A DNA stretch of 63,402 nt, counting the filler, from Octopus bimaculoides (taxonomy: Eukaryota): NCBI RefSeq assembly GCF_001194135.2. It is 6 parts of 5 records of this genome, joined end to end, with 100 filler letters (N's around TTAATTAATTAA, not from the genome) between each part and the next. Parts side by side here need not be neighbours in the genome. Positions count along the whole stretch, not along the records: positions 50,682 to 58,145 come from NC_068996.1; positions 58,246 to 63,402 come from NW_026331124.1; 4 more parts are not named here. One strand, given 5' to 3'. Both the position numbers and the translations under genes were made by a program. Of the stretch, positions 52,902-63,402 are shown piece by piece (positions within the stretch are counted from its first letter, which is position 1; each line of letters starts with the position of its first letter). The notes under the pieces are model-generated. The model saw only the letters and a program-made list of their open reading frames with translations, ran no database searches and was not told the origin of the DNA.

Positions 52902-53225
52902 CATACTATGGGATATACCAATACACACAGAGAAATTAAGGCCAATAGACCAGATATAGTTGTCAAAGATCATGAAGGAAAAAAAATGCTTTCTAATTGA
53001 TGTATCAATACCAGCAGATGACAACGTTTCTCCAAAAGAAATGGATAAAGTTTCAGAATACAAAGACCTGGAAATAGAGGTAACTCGAATGTGGAATCTA
53101 AAAACAGAAACAATTCCTATCATAGTAGGTGCCTTAGGTATAATAAAAAAATATTCAGACAAATACATAACAAAAACACCAGGACTTACAAATATATATA
53201 ACATACAGAAAATTGCACTACTAAA
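52901..53225 (+). mobile_element. second copy of the same R4/Dong-like family, 5'- and 3'-truncated
   Basis: HTMGYTNTHREIKANRPDIVVKDHE.KKCFLIDVSIPADDNV...; near-identical to 9802-10050; directly preceded by (TAA)n. Confidence 0.85.
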
Positions 53226-54074
53226 AAAAACAGTGATTGTAGAAGCACAAGATTGATGAAAAAAGGAACTGAAAATCTTTTGAGCATAATCTCTGGCTTA
53301 CCATTCCTGCAAGAAGTACAAAAGGTTGTTTTAAATGGCACATCACATGTTGATTTACCATCCATGTAAATAATTCTTTTCTACATATCTTTATTCAATT
53401 TTGTAAATGAACAATCTGGTGTGTTTATTTTAATGGTCAATCAATGTATACAGTGAGTTTCTTTGCCCTAGGAGTTGGGAAGACATTTGGCAAGAAATAG
53501 AAACAAAATTGAAAGAAAAACTCATAGTAATAAGGGTATCATATTTTAGCACCAGATCAGCAGTTTTTGAGGGGAGGGGGAAAGTTGATTACATTGACCC
53601 CAGTACTTGACTGGTACCCATTTTATCAACACCAAAAGGATGAAATGCAAAGTCATCCGAAGGAACAGGGTAGGACTTTGATCTCAGAAGCTAGAGAGAT
53701 GGAAGCATTTTAACTTCTGTTGATTATCACAAAAAACAAAAAAGATAGAAGAAAAGTTGATACAAATAAAACGAGAGATGGAGAAGAAACAAACAGAGGG
53801 AAAGGAGGAGGAGGAGGAGGAGGAGGAGGAGGAGGAGGAGGTAAGAGGTGGGAAAGAGAGAGAGAGGCAAACAGATAGACAGAAAGGAAGATAAAGAGAA
53901 AAGAAGAGGAAGGGAGAAAGAGAGAGAGAGAGGAAGGTGAGACAGAGACAGACAGAAAGGAAGATAAAGAGAAAAGAAGAGAGAAGTGAAAGAAACAGAG
54001 ACAGGCAAACAGAAAAGGAGGAGGAGGAAGGGAAGAAGTAGAAGAAGAAGAAGAAGAAGAAGAAGAAGAAGAAG

Positions 54075-54123
<49 letters not shown>

Positions 54124-54229
54124 GCAACAAAGACAGACAGACAGACAGACAGAAATTGCAAGAGAAGAAAGAAGAGTAAAATGGAGATTGCTGTGTATTA
54201 TTAACATTCCTTTTTTTCTTTATTTCCAG

Positions 54230-54355
54230 GTTTCCCAAGATCTTTCCACTCATAAATGAAGAATATGTTGCTAAGAAGACAGTCGAAGCTACTCTGACCA
54301 ACACGTTTTCTTTGATAATTCCACAGCATCTCACAGCGATTTTCTGGATGAAAAC
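54230..54355 (+). CDS. SDR16C-family short-chain dehydrogenase (epidermal retinol dehydrogenase/RDH10-like), probable penultimate exon ((R)FPKIFPLINEEYVAKKTVEATLTNTFSLIIPQHLTAIFWMK(T))
   Basis: Acceptor cctttttttctttatttccag, donor gtaaat, 126 nt open, phase 2 to phase 2. Pattern FP..LP....EYVA.K.VEA.L.N...L.IP......W.K is typical of the SDR16C C-terminal region. Confidence 0.8.
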
Positions 54356-54471
54356 GTAAATATCATTACACACACTAGCATACATACGCACACACATTTA
54401 CACACACACACACATACATACATATGTATATACATACTTATCTATATCTATAACTATAGTATAGCCCAGTT

Positions 54472-54509
<38 letters not shown>

Positions 54510-55307
54510 TGTTGCATCTATAGAAATCCACACCTTACAAGATAGCAATCTGGGAGTCACACCAATGGATTTCTCATGCTCGAAAATGCCTGGAATCAGC
54601 CATTTGTTTTTTTTTTTTTTGCATTAAAAATAATTTTAAACCATCAATTCTAACAATTTTCAAATCACCATTATTTGCAAACATGAGTTCAGTCCCCTTC
54701 TACCTGTGGTGTAAACAGATAGAGAGACAGAGAAACAACAGATTTTTTCAATATCGTCTTTTTACTGGATTATTTTGTAAACAATGTTACGAAACTTCAT
54801 GTTTTCCAATTATATATATATATATATACATATATTATATGCTCCGTTATTAGACTATTTTCGTTACTCATTGCACGGTGAATGGCATAAGCTTATATAA
54901 AAATACCATTATTATTATTTACAGCATTGTAAAATACGGCACCGTATAATAAAGCCATTCGCACTGAAAGCATATATATATATATATATATGCTTACTAT
55001 AGCCTCACGCTGACCAAAATCTTCAGTGGATTTCTTACTCGGAAACTGAAAGAAGACTCGTATATATGTGTACATTTGTATATGTGTGTGCCTGTGTCTT
55101 GTGTTTGTACCCCCACCATTGCTTGACAACTGATGTTGCTGTGTTTACATTCCTGTAACTTAGCAGTTTGGTAAAAGACACTGACACAATTAGTACTATG
55201 CTTACAAAGAATAAATCCTGTGGTTAATTTCTTTGACCAATGGCAGTGCTCCACCATGGCCACAGTCACATGACTGAAATAAGTAAAGCAATAAAAATCT
55301 ATGCCAT

Positions 55308-55339
55308 TTTAATCCCGAGCAAGGCCGGGTATCTCTGCT

Positions 55340-55342
<3 letters not shown>
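55308..55342 (+). mobile_element. Helitron-like 3' end
   Basis: GC hairpin CCCG-AGCAAGGC-CGGG followed 8 nt later by CTAG-T. Confidence 0.5.
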
Positions 55343-55430
<88 letters not shown>

Positions 55431-55449
55431 ACATGTGTGTGTGTGTGTA

Positions 55450-56820
55450 ATACTATCCCATGTTAACCCCTGCTTAGTTAGTCTGACTTCATTCTATTTT
55501 GGTCATTAGACTATTTTCCTTTCTATGATGTTCTACCCTACTGATCATACATGTAAATAAGTCTTCCTTTGACTAAATCATAAACCCCCTAGAAACTATT
55601 AAATCATACATGCAATAACACCTGTAAAGCTTATAAAATCTCCCCAGTCTGAATCCCCTTAACTGCCCTAACTACGTCCATACCTATCACCTCTTTTCAG
55701 GTGACCTTTATCTTTTCTCTGCTTCTAATTTTAATCCCCGGTCTCTCCTTATTACTTTCTATAAATTTTTATTATTTTGTTTTCTTATTTTGATATCCTT
55801 ACCTATTAACCTCTTATCCCTTGTAAATTGTTATTTTTCTTGTTCTTAAATTGATATTTTTTCAGTTACTTAAGTCTATGTGAGCTATTTATACCATATC
55901 TTTATAAGCATATAAATATTCATGTATGTGTATACATGCATATATGCACATATATATGTGTGTGTATCTGAATGCATTTTTACACTTTTTTGATTCATGG
56001 CTTAAAATTAATAGATAGCATATCTTTCCAGTTATTCCATATGTAAATGCCTTGAGCAGCCATTTTAGAAAACACCTAATAATTAATTAATTAAGTACAT
56101 GAGTAGATATTAAACTAATTCTATGTGATCTTCCATTTTAATTTTTATAATTGATATATATACACACCTTTTACCAATTTTGATTATGATATCATTTTCG
56201 AAATTCTTAAATTTTATTTTTATACAACATAGCAATATTGTTTATAAACATTCCCCCATAGTGCCCCTAAATAAAATTTCCTCTGTTATTAACATCTTAG
56301 GTCCCTTAGCGCCTTGTCCCTTTGACTGATAATTAACATCATGATTTAAAGTCAATCCCTACCCTGACTCTTTTATAAACGGTTGCTTATATCCAACTGA
56401 CTACTCCTTATATCTTATTTCCTCCCTGGGAAAAAGGGATACATATGATAATATTTATGACCATACCTAACCATGAGCTGTCAACTCACTCTTGTCCTTT
56501 ATTCAAAATAGACACAGTCTTCTAGTCTTAGATTTAGTAGTTGATAAAGGGATAAATGAATTACAACCCTTACAATCCCATGACCCTATTATGCTCTGAT
56601 TCTTAGATGTTGTAGTCTATTCTTAGCTACAATAGTGACAACATGAATTTCTTCCATCTTCTTGCTCTGATAAAATATTTAAGAAAAATTATATTAATGT
56701 GTCCTACTTGTTAAAATTCCATTTATTTATTTGTGCAGCTGAAGATGGCATTGCATCTAAATTGATGTAATGATTGCATTGTTCAATTGAATGAAGCCAC
56801 TTCAAACGGTCACACTGCAT
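55450..56820 (+). mobile_element. probable Penelope-like 3'/pLTR region ending in a degenerate hammerhead; related short copy at 24690-24790
   Basis: Shared ttgtgcagctgaagat(g/t)gc...ttgatgtaatg; AT/pyrimidine-rich with no ORF. Confidence 0.35.
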
Positions 56821-56898
56821 CACTACTTAATATCCTCGCTTATTTTGATTTTATATATATACATACATAAATATATATATATATATATGAATATATAT

Positions 56899-57985
56899 CA
56901 CATTGTTGGGGCTCGTATGGCAGGAGCTAGCATAACAGAAACAGCCAAAATGTTTGGTGTATCATGAAGTACTGTCTTGAAAGTAATGACAGCCTTTGAG
57001 AAAGAGAGAAAACCCTTCTCATTGAAACAAAACTCCGGAAGAAAGCTAAAACTTTCAGATAGGAGCTGTTGAACTCATATGCAAATTGTTAGAAAGGATC
57101 ACAAACGTGCAGCTCTCAAAATTACTGCAGAGCTTAATGACGACTTTGAGAACCCAGTTTCCACAAAAACTGTTCGCTGGGAGCTGCACAAATCTGGATT
57201 TCATGGGAGGGCTGCAATCAGAAAACCACTACTTTCAAAAACAAACATTGCAAAGTGTTTAGAGTGGAGTAGAAATTTACAGAATTGGTCCCTAGGGTAG
57301 TGGAAGAATGTTATTTTCTCAGACAAGTCATCCTTTACCTTATTTCCAACTACTGGCCAAGTATATATGTATGTATATAGGTATATAGGTATGTAATGAT
57401 AAACGTCGCCCTTTTTAAAGCCTAGCCAGGTTCATGGGCCTGGTTTCCCGGTTTCTATGGCGTATGTGTTCCCCCCACTAGCTGGAAGGGACGCCAGTCC
57501 ATCGCAGCATTACTCCAGAAACAGGAAGAAAGAGTGAGAGAAAGTTGGGGTGAAAGAGTACAACAGGGGTCGCCACCATTCCCTGCTGGAGCCTCGAGGA
57601 GCTTAGGTGTTTTCGCTCAATAAACACTCACAACGCCCAGTCTGGGAATCAAAACCGCGATCCTCTGACCGCGAGTCCACTGCCCTAACCACTGGGCCAT
57701 TGCACTTCCACATATAGGTATGTATATAGGTATTATTGAACATTTACGGTGCATTTTAGAAAAATAAGTAAGGAGTTGATATCCTCCATCATCATCACTA
57801 CAAGAACTGGAGACTGATTTAGCTGAAGAATGGACAAAAATTCCTTTAGAAACAATTCAAACTTTGTATGAGTCCATACCTCATAGAATTGAAGCTGTAA
57901 TTACTGCCAAAGGCAGCCCTATCTCATATTCAAATAAATTTGTTTGAAATTTTAAGGTGTATCCATTATTTTGTCCAACCCCTGT
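56899..57985 (+). mobile_element. Tc1-like transposon remnant with internal deletion of the DDE core and a nested SINE
   Basis: IVGARMAGASITETAKMFGVS...GRAAIRKPLLS...VIFSDKSSF (56899-57365). C-terminus IIEHL...LQELETDLAEEW..IP...SIPHRIEAVITAKG (57731-57930). Right TIR-like TCCATTATTTTGTCCAACCCCTG followed by TA. Confidence 0.85.
57396..57711 (-). mobile_element. SINE, head E + tail Y, with TSD
   Basis: Same head as 16637 but a different 3' half; 13-bp TSD ATATAGGTATGTA at 57383-57395 and 57712-57724. Confidence 0.9.
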
Positions 57986-58245
57986 ACATAGATATATACA
58001 TATATATCTATAGATATATACATATATATAGATATATACATAGATATATACATATATATATACATATATATATATTTTATTATATGTATTTATTTTCTCC
58101 TAGTTAATAATTAATTCGGACAAAATAAATTGGTTAATAGATACCNNNNNNNNNNNNNNNNNNNNNNNNNNNNNNNNNNNNNNNNNNNNTTAATTAATTA
58201 ANNNNNNNNNNNNNNNNNNNNNNNNNNNNNNNNNNNNNNNNNNNN

Positions 58246-58291
<46 letters not shown>

Positions 58292-58811
58292 TAAACACAC
58301 GTATATATATATATGCGCGCTATATAATATTTAATATCTAAATACGTTTGCATAATATATGTGTGCATAGTAATATGTATATATGTGTGTATATGTTGTG
58401 TGTATGCATATACACACACGCACACATACATGCACACACACATTTATACATATAAATGAAGAGAAAATGGAGATTTACGATTGACACATTTTAATTCATT
58501 AACATAATATTGTTTTATTATTATTATCTAATATATGATATATATATAAACAAAATAATCTTAAAATTGTTTCAATTCAGACCCAATAATAAATTTATAA
58601 AATATTTATATTAAATTATAATAATTAGGTAATATTATGTGTCAATCGTAAAACTCCATTTCTTTTTCATTTTGTATATTGAATATATAACCATTTGGAT
58701 TGTGGATAAGTTTTTCTCTAGTGTACTGGGTATAAAACCGCCAAACCAGCGAAAAATGGAATGTTTCCATCCCTATAAAGGAGGCTGCTTTCCTTGCAGT
58801 GAATTTTATTT

Positions 58812-58843
<32 letters not shown>

Positions 58844-60132
58844 CAGGGTGACCCAAAAAGATGTACTCACTCTTTGACAGACGATTATTAATGTATTGTT
58901 TTTTGAGTTTTTTATTTCAGACGCAACCAACTCTTCACAATGGCAAATGCACAACTAACGTTTGAGGGAAAAAAATTATATTAAAGTGCTACAGGAAGCA
59001 CGAAAATGTCACGGAAGTGCAAAGACAATTTAACAGACAGTTTTAGAGGACACCACCAACACGACGCACTATTGCTCGCATCAGAAATAAATTTGAAGTA
59101 CACGGAACTGTTCAGAACGTTAGTAAGCAACGCTCTGGAAGACCACGAACATCCACCAGCCCCAATAGACACAACCAATTAATGGAAACCTTTTCTCGAT
59201 CCCCAAAGAAATCCATAAGACCATTGAGTCGTGAGATAGGAATCCCAAAATTGAGTGTTCATCGGATGTTGAAACGAGCTCATTGGAAAAGTTACATTAA
59301 ATCAAGCCCTCAATGAAGATGATCCTGATCGGAGAGTTCAATTTTGCGAATGGTATCTGAACAAATTCACAGAGGATGCAGCGTTTCCAGAGAAAATCTT
59401 ATGGAACGATGAGGCCACCTTCAAGTTAAATGGTTCAGTCAACCGACATAATTGCACATACTGAGCCCGTGAAAATCCACATTTTACTATGGAACACCAT
59501 CCGAACTTACCAGGCTTTACAGTGTGGTGTGGAATGTCAGCATTGGGTATCGTTGGACCATTTTCTTTTTTTTTTTTTACCAAACTGTCAGTGGCCCAGT
59601 TTACTTAAACTTACTGATGGAAAATGTCGGTCCACGAATTGAAGAGATTTACTTCCAGCAAAACGGAGCTCCTCCTTANNNNNNNNNNNNNNNNNNNNNN
59701 NNNNNNNNNNNNNNNNNNNNNNNNNNNNNNNNNNNNNNNNNNNNNNNNNNNNNNNNNNNNNNNNNNNNNNNNNNNNNNNNNNNNNNNNNNNNNNNNNNNN
59801 NNNNNNNNNNNNNNNNNNNNNNNNNNNNNGAATACAGTGTCTTGCAATTCCAAATAAAATGTTTTGCAATGTTGTCGAATCCATTGTTGGACGTTATCAG
59901 CTTTGTTTGGAAAATGAAGGAAGACAGTTTGAACATTTGCGAACACGCAGGAATGAGAGAGAATGTTAAATAATTCTAAATGACAATAAATAATCGTTTC
60001 TACAGCAATTTATTTTCCTGAATTTAATTTAACTTTTTAGGTTTGTATGTATATCACTAAATATCTACTTAAACACAGAATGCATGAGTACTGGGAAGTC
60101 AAAGAGTGAGTACATCTTTTTGGGACACCCTG
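58844..60132 (+). mobile_element. full-length Tc1/mariner element (rosa/DD41D-like group, inferred), 35-bp TIRs, TA target site duplication
   Basis: Left TIR CAGGGTGACCCAAAAAGATGTACTCACTCTTTGAC (58844-58878); right TIR 60098-60132 with one mismatch; TA on both flanks. Length 1289 bp including an N gap. Confidence 0.92.
58940..59969 (+). pseudogene. transposase of the 58844-60132 element, disrupted by frameshifts and stops
   Basis: MANAQLTFE...[32 protein letters not shown]...RSGRPRT; [20 protein letters not shown]; FQQNGAPP; C-terminus RYQLCLENEGRQFEHL. Confidence 0.88.
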
Positions 60133-60167
60133 TATATACACACACACACATATATATATACATGTGT

Positions 60168-60227
<60 letters not shown>

Positions 60228-60928
60228 ATCTACATAGTCACATGTATATATATACTCTTTTACTCTTTTACTTGTTTCAGGCATTTGACTGCGGCCATGC
60301 TGGAGCGCCACCTTTAGTCGAACAAATCAACCCCAGGACTTATTCTGTCGGGTTCTTTTGCCGAACCGCTAATTTACGGAGACGTAAACACACCAACATC
60401 GGTTGTCAAGTGATGTTGGGGGGACAAACACAGACACACAAACATATACGCACACATACATATATAAATAAATATATACGACGGGCTTCTTTCAGTTTCC
60501 GTCTACAATATCCACTCTTTCCCAAGGTGCCACGCAGTGTATATATATGTATGTTAAAGATATATTGTGTTATACCTTTAACTAAAATTTTTATTCTTAA
60601 TTTATTTGTATGTTATCGGTTGAAATGATATATTTGTGTATAAATTTTTATCTTATACGTTCTATATCTTGCATCTTACTTTTTATATATTTCTTATTCT
60701 TTTATTCCTTTTATTTTTCTTACGTAATTTTTCTATCCCTTCATTCCTATATTTGGTGGATTATGTTGTATTTATTATATATGATCATTGAGGGAGTGTG
60801 ATATGTTGAATCGTTAACCTAACGTTTTTTATTCTATAACTAATATTTTACTCTTGTCTCAATTATTCTGAGCACTTCTCATTGCAGCCCTGTATAAAGT
60901 CTATTAGTTTCCTAATAAGAAAGTATTG

Positions 60929-60970
<42 letters not shown>

Positions 60971-61321
60971 GCATATATAATCAGAGAGAATGTGAAGGAT
61001 CTAACAGAGTGGCTGTTAATGGTGAGTCAAATATGGATATTAGAAAGAAATAATGATAGAGAGAGAGTGTGTGTGGAATGGGAAGGAGACATGAGACAGG
61101 AGTGAGAGAGGGGGGACGAAAAGTAATAGGATAGATAAAAGGAGAAAGAGAAAGAAATTTGTTTTGTTATATAATCAAAAAACAAAGGTTGAGGTTGGTG
61201 GTGGGTCACGTGATTGATGAATGAATTAGATGACGACGATGTTGTTAATGTTGTCGTTCTTCGTGGTGGTGGTGGTGGTGGAGATGCTGTTGGTAATGAT
61301 GATTATGCTTATGGTGATGAA

Positions 61322-61363
<42 letters not shown>

Positions 61364-61388
61364 GATGAGGAGGAGAACGAAGGAGGGG

Positions 61389-61441
<53 letters not shown>

Positions 61442-61718
61442 ACGCAATTAAAATTCAGAAGAAGGAATTGTTAGGGTGGAACAGGAAGTTGAAATAAATG
61501 GCAAAATATAAAGGAAAATAAAAGAGGATGACAGATTTGAACTAATCGTTGTGGTATCTCCTCCCTTATGGACTTTATTGCTCCCTACGACACGTATATG
61601 TATTTAGACATACATACATACATACATACATATATACATATATATGTGCATATATATATGCATATATATACATATATATGTGCATATATATATGCATATG
61701 TATACATATATGCATGTG

Positions 61719-61789
<71 letters not shown>

Positions 61790-61877
61790 GTATATATATA
61801 TGCATACGTGTGCATATATATAGAGCAAATGATATAAGGATATTTAAATGTAGAACAGACGAAAAAGTATGCTGAGA

Positions 61878-61948
<71 letters not shown>

Positions 61949-63353
61949 AGCGATGGTAATGAAGACGACGACGACGACGACAAGGTAGAGGAGGACGTCG
62001 AAGAAAGACGGTTTAGGAATGAAAAGAATGAGAGACTTGTTTAAGATAGGGGTTGGTGGCTTTGTCAGTCAAGATTGCTGTCAGAATGGTTGAGTGGATG
62101 GGATGGTAAGGAAAAGGGGAAGCCGAATAATTAATAACCATCAATAAAAGGGTCCGGGTGAAGGTGGTGGTGGTGGTGGTGGTGGTGGTGGTGGTGGTGA
62201 TGGTGAGCGATGCTGTGGACGTAGACGTGNNNNNNNNNNNNNNNNNNNNNNNNNNNNNNNNNNNNNNNNNNNNNNNNNNNNNNNNNNNNNNNNNNNNNNN
62301 NNNNNNNNNNNNNNNNNNNNNNNNNNNNNNNNNNNNNNNNNNNNNNNNNNNNNNNNNNNNNNNNNNNNNNNNNNNNNNNNNNNNNNNNNNNNNNNNNNNN
62401 NNNNNNNNNNNNNNNNNNNNNNNNNNNNNNNNNNNNNNNNNNNNNNNNNNNNNNNNNNNNNNNNNNNNNNNNNNNNNNNNNNNNNNNNNNNNNNNNNNNN
62501 NNNNNNNNNNNNNNNNNNNNNNNNNNNNNNNNNNNNNNNNNNNNNNNNNNNNNNNNNNNNNNNNNNNNNNNNNNNNNNNNNNNNNNNNNNNNNNNNNNNN
62601 NNNNNNNNNNNNNNNNNNNNNNNNNNNNNNNNNNNNNNNNNNNNNNNNNNNNNNGGTGGTGGTGATGGTACTTATTGTAGTGGTGGTGGTGGTGGTACTG
62701 ATGATGGTGCGGGTTGTAATGGTACCGATGGTTGTGTGAGTGTAGATGCTGTACATGTGGTTGTGGTGGTGGTCCGGGTGCATGGTGGTGGTCCGGGTGC
62801 ATGGTGGTGGTGGTGAAATCTGAGGACAGGGAAGTTAGATTCGAGCCCTGAAATTATGTCCCTTTTCTCATCTGTTTAGATCAAAAGACTCTTCAAAAAA
62901 AAAATTTTTTAATGAGAAACAAAAAAAAAATCAAAAATTAGCCATGCATACACACAAACTCATACATATACATAAAGTACCACAGAAGATGGTAATACAT
63001 ACACATTTGCATGTCTCTATACAATCACGCACAGATTCATACACAATCACAGCAGAAATCGTATTGGGAAATACACGCGAGCACTCTTTAGTACATACAC
63101 ACAAACATATGTACAAGCATACATGGAAGGAGTAAAAGGATATATATATGTGTGTGTGTGTGTGTGCGTGTGTGTGTATATCTTTTAAGATACATCATAT
63201 TAGAAATTCTTCAGGAAGAGATTCAAATAATGATTTCAACTCTTATGCATATCTCCCACAAATGTAACATCTGCATTCGGATTTGGTAGGCTGAATTAAG
63301 CAGATGTGCTTCAAGAGGACACAGCTTGGATTTTAACCTTATTTACTTATATA

Positions 63354-63402
<49 letters not shown>

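Larger units (their letters stand above)
9249..63402. repeat. numerous simple repeats: (TAA)n, (CA)n, (TA)n, (TATG)n, (GA)n, (GAT)n, (GGT)n, (TAG)n, (CTA)n, (GATA)n
   Basis: Examples at 9249-9331, 13577-14520, 22606-22770, 39975-40013, 41611-41660, 43940-44022, 44975-45060, 53805-54150, 61300-61440, 61880-61945. These account for most of the low-complexity ORFs in the supplied track. Confidence 0.95.

Noticed and set aside
53302-53306. 5-nt microexon candidate (ccttttgtacttcttgcag|GAATG|gtaagc, minus strand)
   Set aside because: Strong splice signals, but no supporting context or homology; needs RNA-seq.
61549-61600. YLLPYGLY as a possible SDR last exon
   Set aside because: No acceptor or pyrimidine tract, and the similarity is limited to LLP.

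Overview
AT-rich, microsatellite-dense eukaryotic genomic DNA. The repeat families and simple-repeat density suggest a coleoid cephalopod, probably Octopus (inference). The window consists of six sequence blocks joined by artificial 100-bp spacers (44 N + TTAATTAATTAA + 44 N), so order and orientation between blocks are uncertain. Host-gene content: the last two coding exons of inscuteable (insc, minus strand, 38310-38386 and 36549-36680) plus its probable 3'UTR, and one 126-bp exon of an SDR16C-family (epidermal retinol dehydrogenase-like) gene on the plus strand (54230-54355). Everything else is transposon debris and simple repeats: three Tc1/mariner elements (one with near-perfect 35-bp TIRs), a hAT MITE, Helitron-like ends, RTE-clade LINE fragments, R4/Dong-like fragments (those at ~9.8, 51.2 and 52.9 kb set in or next to (TAA)n), Penelope-like pieces (GIY-YIG exon-free ORF, pLTR fragments) and about 35 tRNA-derived SINE copies built from shuffled head and tail modules. 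Most notable: one complete hammerhead-ribozyme fold at 41977-42036 and several degenerate hammerheads in Penelope-type repeats, one pair showing a compensatory helix II change. Also notable are a TGCA-saturated probable insc 3'UTR and two parallel microsatellite-targeting patterns, (TAA)n and (TA)n. All alignments and folds were done by eye; no database search was run.
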